From a virus (Duplodnaviria > Caudoviricetes), in IMG/VR virus record IMGVR_UViG_3300038314_001195, positions 1-28,746 of that record: a DNA stretch of 28,746 nt, one strand, 5' to 3'. The notes under the pieces were generated by a model. The model ran no database searches. It saw only the letters and a program-made list of their open reading frames with translations, and was not told the DNA's origin. Of this stretch, positions 25,884 to 28,746 are shown piece by piece. The position numbers and the translations under genes are program-made. The first letter of the stretch is position 1, and the number at the start of each line of letters is the position of its first letter.

Positions 25884-27753
25884 CCGAGGCGTCCCGCCTC
25901 GCGCCTCCGCTGGAGTAGCCTCCGGCGTGCAGCTTCCTACCGAACTTCGCGCACAAGTGAAGACAGCCACCGTCGGCGATGGCGAGGTCATCATGGGAGC
26001 CGGCGCCTGACGGTGCTTGAATCATCCCTTCGTGTTCGCAGAGTCCGCCGATCTCCGCGACGGCGTAGCGCGAGCGGTGCGGCACCGTCGGGCCGAGCGG
26101 GAGGATCTCGCCGGTGACGCTGTCGAAGCCTGTCCCCTCGATCGCTTGCGACAGCGCGGCGAGGTAGGCGCTCCGAGTCTGGGCGCCGGTGTAGATGCCG
26201 GCACGCAGCTTGCGCGCACCCTTGCCAGCCTGCGGCCGGCGGTCGGCTATCTGCTCGGAGTAGAGCCCGGACTTCGTGCCAACCCTCAGGTTGTGCCGGT
26301 TGCGTAGGTGGTCTAGCAAGTCCTTGCCCGTGCCAGCGTTCCGCTCGACGGCGATCAGGTAGCGCGACGGGCGACGGGCGGCGCCCTTGCCGAGTAGCTT
26401 CTCGAGCACGTGGATCAAGCTGTCGGCCATCTCCGACGCTAAGCACTTGCCGTGTATCTCGGCGACGTACTGACAGGTCAGCGCCGAGCGGAAGACCGCC
26501 GCCGACCTGTCGACGCCGTGCTTGGCGGCGGTGTCGACGAAGACGATCAACTGCTCGTTGAGCGCGCGCACTTGCTCGCCGGTCATCCAGTAACTGACGG
26601 AGTGCAAGGTCCCGAGGCGGTAGCGCTCGATCGGGTCGGAGCATTGCGCGAGCGCCAGCTCGACGGCGTCGGGAGATAGCCAGCGCTTGACCTCCGTCTC
26701 TGCGAAGGCCTCTTCGATCTCTTCGGGATTCTCGGCGAGGTTCAACTTCCGCTGGTGGCTCGTACCGGTGAAGCGTTCGCGACGCCTGAACGCGACTTGC
26801 TCCGGGTCGAGGCCGAGCTCGCGCTCGTCGTCGACGGTGCCAGCTGGCAGAGTCGCGACGAACTTCGGCGAGTGCATCGCCTCGAAGCCCGGCGTGCCAA
26901 CGGCCAGCCGCTTCAAGGGATCGAGATACCAAGGCCAAAAGAAGGCTCGGCGGAACGATCCCGACGGCGGGTCCTGCGCGGTCAGTAGATACTCCTCGGC
27001 CATCCAGGCGGTTCGACTCGTCGGCGGATTCGACTCGGCGACGATCCAGCCGTTCGGGCCGACGGCCTTGCCGGCCGCGCTGAAGACGATCTCCGGCTCA
27101 TGGTAGGCGCGCGGCTCAGTGAGGTGGAGTACCATTAAGCTCTGGCCACGTCCGAGAGTCGAACTCACGCGAGCGTGCTGCCCTGCGGTATCCATTGAGT
27201 ACCTTGAGCCATTGCGGAAGCGGAAGCGATAGCCGACGCGGAGCACAGACGGATCCTCGCCGTCGGCCAGGCCGAGCCATTGCCGGGGCATCCGGCGCAA
27301 CGCGAAGAGGATCTGGTCGATCGCGCCTTCGAGCAGCGCGGCCTTCTGTGCCTGATAGACCGAGAGCGCCGAGACGCCCGGCAGGCGTAGCACGGTGTGA
27401 AGGATCAACGCATAGCACAGCGAGGAGAAGCGCACGCGCCGCGACTTGCAGACGATGTCCGAGCCGGGGATCGGCTGGCCTGCGTCGTCGTATCTGAAGG
27501 CCGTGCGCCGGTCGAGGTAGTCGATCTGCATCGCGTTGAGTTCGTCGCCGCCTACCGACCTCGGCGATCCGCTGTCGTCGAACTCGCTGATGTGAGGCCA
27601 GAAGACGAAGCGCCGGACGAACTCGGCAGGGTCGGCGGGTATCGGCTCGACCTCTTCAAGCTCGCGCGGCTTCTGTCGAGCTTGCTGATACTTCAGGACC
27701 TCGAGCGGGTCGGTACCGCTGATCAGTCGCTGCAAGGCGGCGAAGTCCATCAC
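25822..27753 (-). CDS. terL: Terminase large subunit
   Basis: IVCKSRRVRFSS (Walker A region), LHLTE (Walker B), VAESNP (motif C), IVFVDTA, AVERN and HDDLAIA nuclease motifs. Confidence 0.9.
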   Translation of the reverse strand: MMDFAALQRLISGTDPLEVLKYQQARQKPRELEEVEPIPADPAEFVRRFVFWPHISEFDDSGSPRSVGGDELNAMQIDYLDRRTAFRYDDAGQPIPGSDIVCKSRRVRFSSLCYALILHTVLRLPGVSALSVYQAQKAALLEGAIDQILFALRRMPRQWLGLADGEDPSVLRVGYRFRFRNGSRYSMDTAGQHARVSSTLGRGQSLMVLHLTEPRAYHEPEIVFSAAGKAVGPNGWIVAESNPPTSRTAWMAEEYLLTAQDPPSGSFRRAFFWPWYLDPLKRLAVGTPGFEAMHSPKFVATLPAGTVDDERELGLDPEQVAFRRRERFTGTSHQRKLNLAENPEEIEEAFAETEVKRWLSPDAVELALAQCSDPIERYRLGTLHSVSYWMTGEQVRALNEQLIVFVDTAAKHGVDRSAAVFRSALTCQYVAEIHGKCLASEMADSLIHVLEKLLGKGAARRPSRYLIAVERNAGTGKDLLDHLRNRHNLRVGTKSGLYSEQIADRRPQAGKGARKLRAGIYTGAQTRSAYLAALSQAIEGTGFDSVTGEILPLGPTVPHRSRYAVAEIGGLCEHEGMIQAPSGAGSHDDLAIADGGCLHLCAKFGRKLHAGGYSSGGARRDASANLGRTQKVRRRPRRKLRPE

Positions 27754-28157
27754 CCCGATCCGGTCTTGATCATCCGCTCCGCGATCGCCGCCTTAAGCGC
27801 GACCTCGGCCGCGCGTGCGTCGCCCGTCGTCGCGACTCCTCGCTCGATGCGGTCGAGCAGTAGCTCGCGGATCTCGGTGACCTCCGGGCATTCGTTCGGC
27901 GATGGCTTCACGACCTCGACGATCGGCGCGGCGATCATCAGCTCGGCCTTGGCTTGCGCCTTGGCCTTCTTCGTTCGGCCAGGCCGCCACTTGCCGCCGT
28001 GCCGATGACACACGAATGACTTCACGGTGTTGAGTCCGACGGGCACACCTTGATCAGCGAGCCAGGCTTGCACCATCGGCGCGGAGTCGCCGCGGGCGGC
28101 GCGGCGGAGCGTGTCTGCTGTTAGGCCTGCGAGTTCGATCTTCGAGCGTCTTGCCAT
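27750..28157 (-). CDS. Putative terminase small subunit
   Basis: N-terminal MARRSKIE plus HTH-like region; coupled (ATGA) to terL. Confidence 0.7.
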   Translation of the reverse strand: MARRSKIELAGLTADTLRRAARGDSAPMVQAWLADQGVPVGLNTVKSFVCHRHGGKWRPGRTKKAKAQAKAELMIAAPIVEVVKPSPNECPEVTEIRELLLDRIERGVATTGDARAAEVALKAAIAERMIKTGSG

Positions 28158-28165
28158 AATGGGCC

Positions 28166-28194
28166 ATGATAACTTGGCCCATTGTGGCCCACAA
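28166..28194 (-). promoter_or_regulatory. Putative terS promoter overlapped by TGGGCCA repeats
   Basis: TTGTGG-17 bp-TATCAT, 8 nt before the ATG; no SD. Confidence 0.5.
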
Positions 28195-28341
28195 CCTAAA
28201 CCGGGCCGGTCGTGGAACTGCGTTAAACTCTAGGGGCTTGCAATTGGGCCGAACACGCAACGCCGATCGCGGCAGCCCTAGACGCGGCGGCGAGGGAAGC
28301 GATCAGCGAGAAAGCGACAAAGCTGATCGGGGTGCTGCTCT

Positions 28342-28401
28342 ACACTTCAGGTTCTAACGGGTAACACTTCAGGTTCTAACCGGGAACACTTCAGGTTCTA
28401 A
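28342..28401. repeat. Three 16-bp direct repeats ACACTTCAGGTTCTAA with 22-bp period
   Basis: Exact copies at 28342, 28364 and 28386. Confidence 0.92.
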
Positions 28402-28732
28402 TTCAACCGGTATTGAATGATTCCGAACACTTACAGAACACCGACCGTGAACGGAACGGAACGGTAGTGTAGTACGGCCCTGAGTGGGTCCGCTTGAGCT
28501 ACCCCACTCGGGCCTTGTCCGGGATAGCTCATCACGATGGCGCTGGAATTTTGAACCCGAAAAATCGGCGCCTCGAGAAAACCAAAGTCGTCGAGGTTTT
28601 GCGTAGACGCACACAGAACGCGCGAGCGCTTCAAGGTATCGTCTGGTATGCGTCAGGCCATGGCCGGCCGCTACGCGGCCAGCACGTGCCCTCCTTGGTC
28701 ACGTTTCTGGGCTACTCATGCACAGAAAAGTG

Positions 28733-28746
28733 AGGGGGGGCCGACC
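28733..28746. repeat. 14-nt terminal direct repeat, right copy
   Basis: Identical to 1..14. Confidence 0.9.

Noticed and set aside
28342-28401. CRISPR mini-array
   Set aside because: Repeats are 16 bp with only 6-bp near-identical spacers, and no cas genes are present
28166-28733. Short ORFs in the right-end region (63-81 aa)
   Set aside because: No RBS, atypical composition, and they run through repeats and hairpins

Overview
The window looks like an essentially complete, GC-rich, ~28.7 kb tailed-phage genome (siphovirus-like: tail tube and tape measure, no sheath). The first 14 nt recur as the last 14 nt and overlap a hyphenated dyad that resembles a cos site upstream of terS. Most genes lie on the minus strand and are coupled by ATGA/GTGA overlaps. 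The late arm runs terS, terL, portal, protease/scaffold, decoration, major capsid, neck, tube, chaperone with a lambda-type GGGAAAG frameshift, tape measure, tail tip, then a five-gene lysis block ending in a GH25 endolysin. The early arm runs AlpA/Xis HTH, YqaJ exonuclease, ssDNA-annealing protein, SSB, lambda-O-like initiator with iterons, DnaB, RuvC-like nuclease and a DNA methyltransferase. There are two plus-strand islands: a regulatory operon (34-aa membrane peptide, XRE-HTH fused to an RpoD-like sigma region 4, tandem winged-HTH protein) and a three-gene moron between terL and portal. I found no integrase, partition system, protelomerase, tRNA or CRISPR array. The two best candidates for an undescribed system are (1) the XRE-sigma4 fusion with an altered -35 recognition helix, together with separate near-leaderless terS and portal promoters that have non-consensus -35 boxes, and (2) a pseudo-receiver (CheY-like) domain fused to holin-like membrane helices directly upstream of the endolysin. 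All product calls come from reading motifs and synteny by eye; no database search was run.
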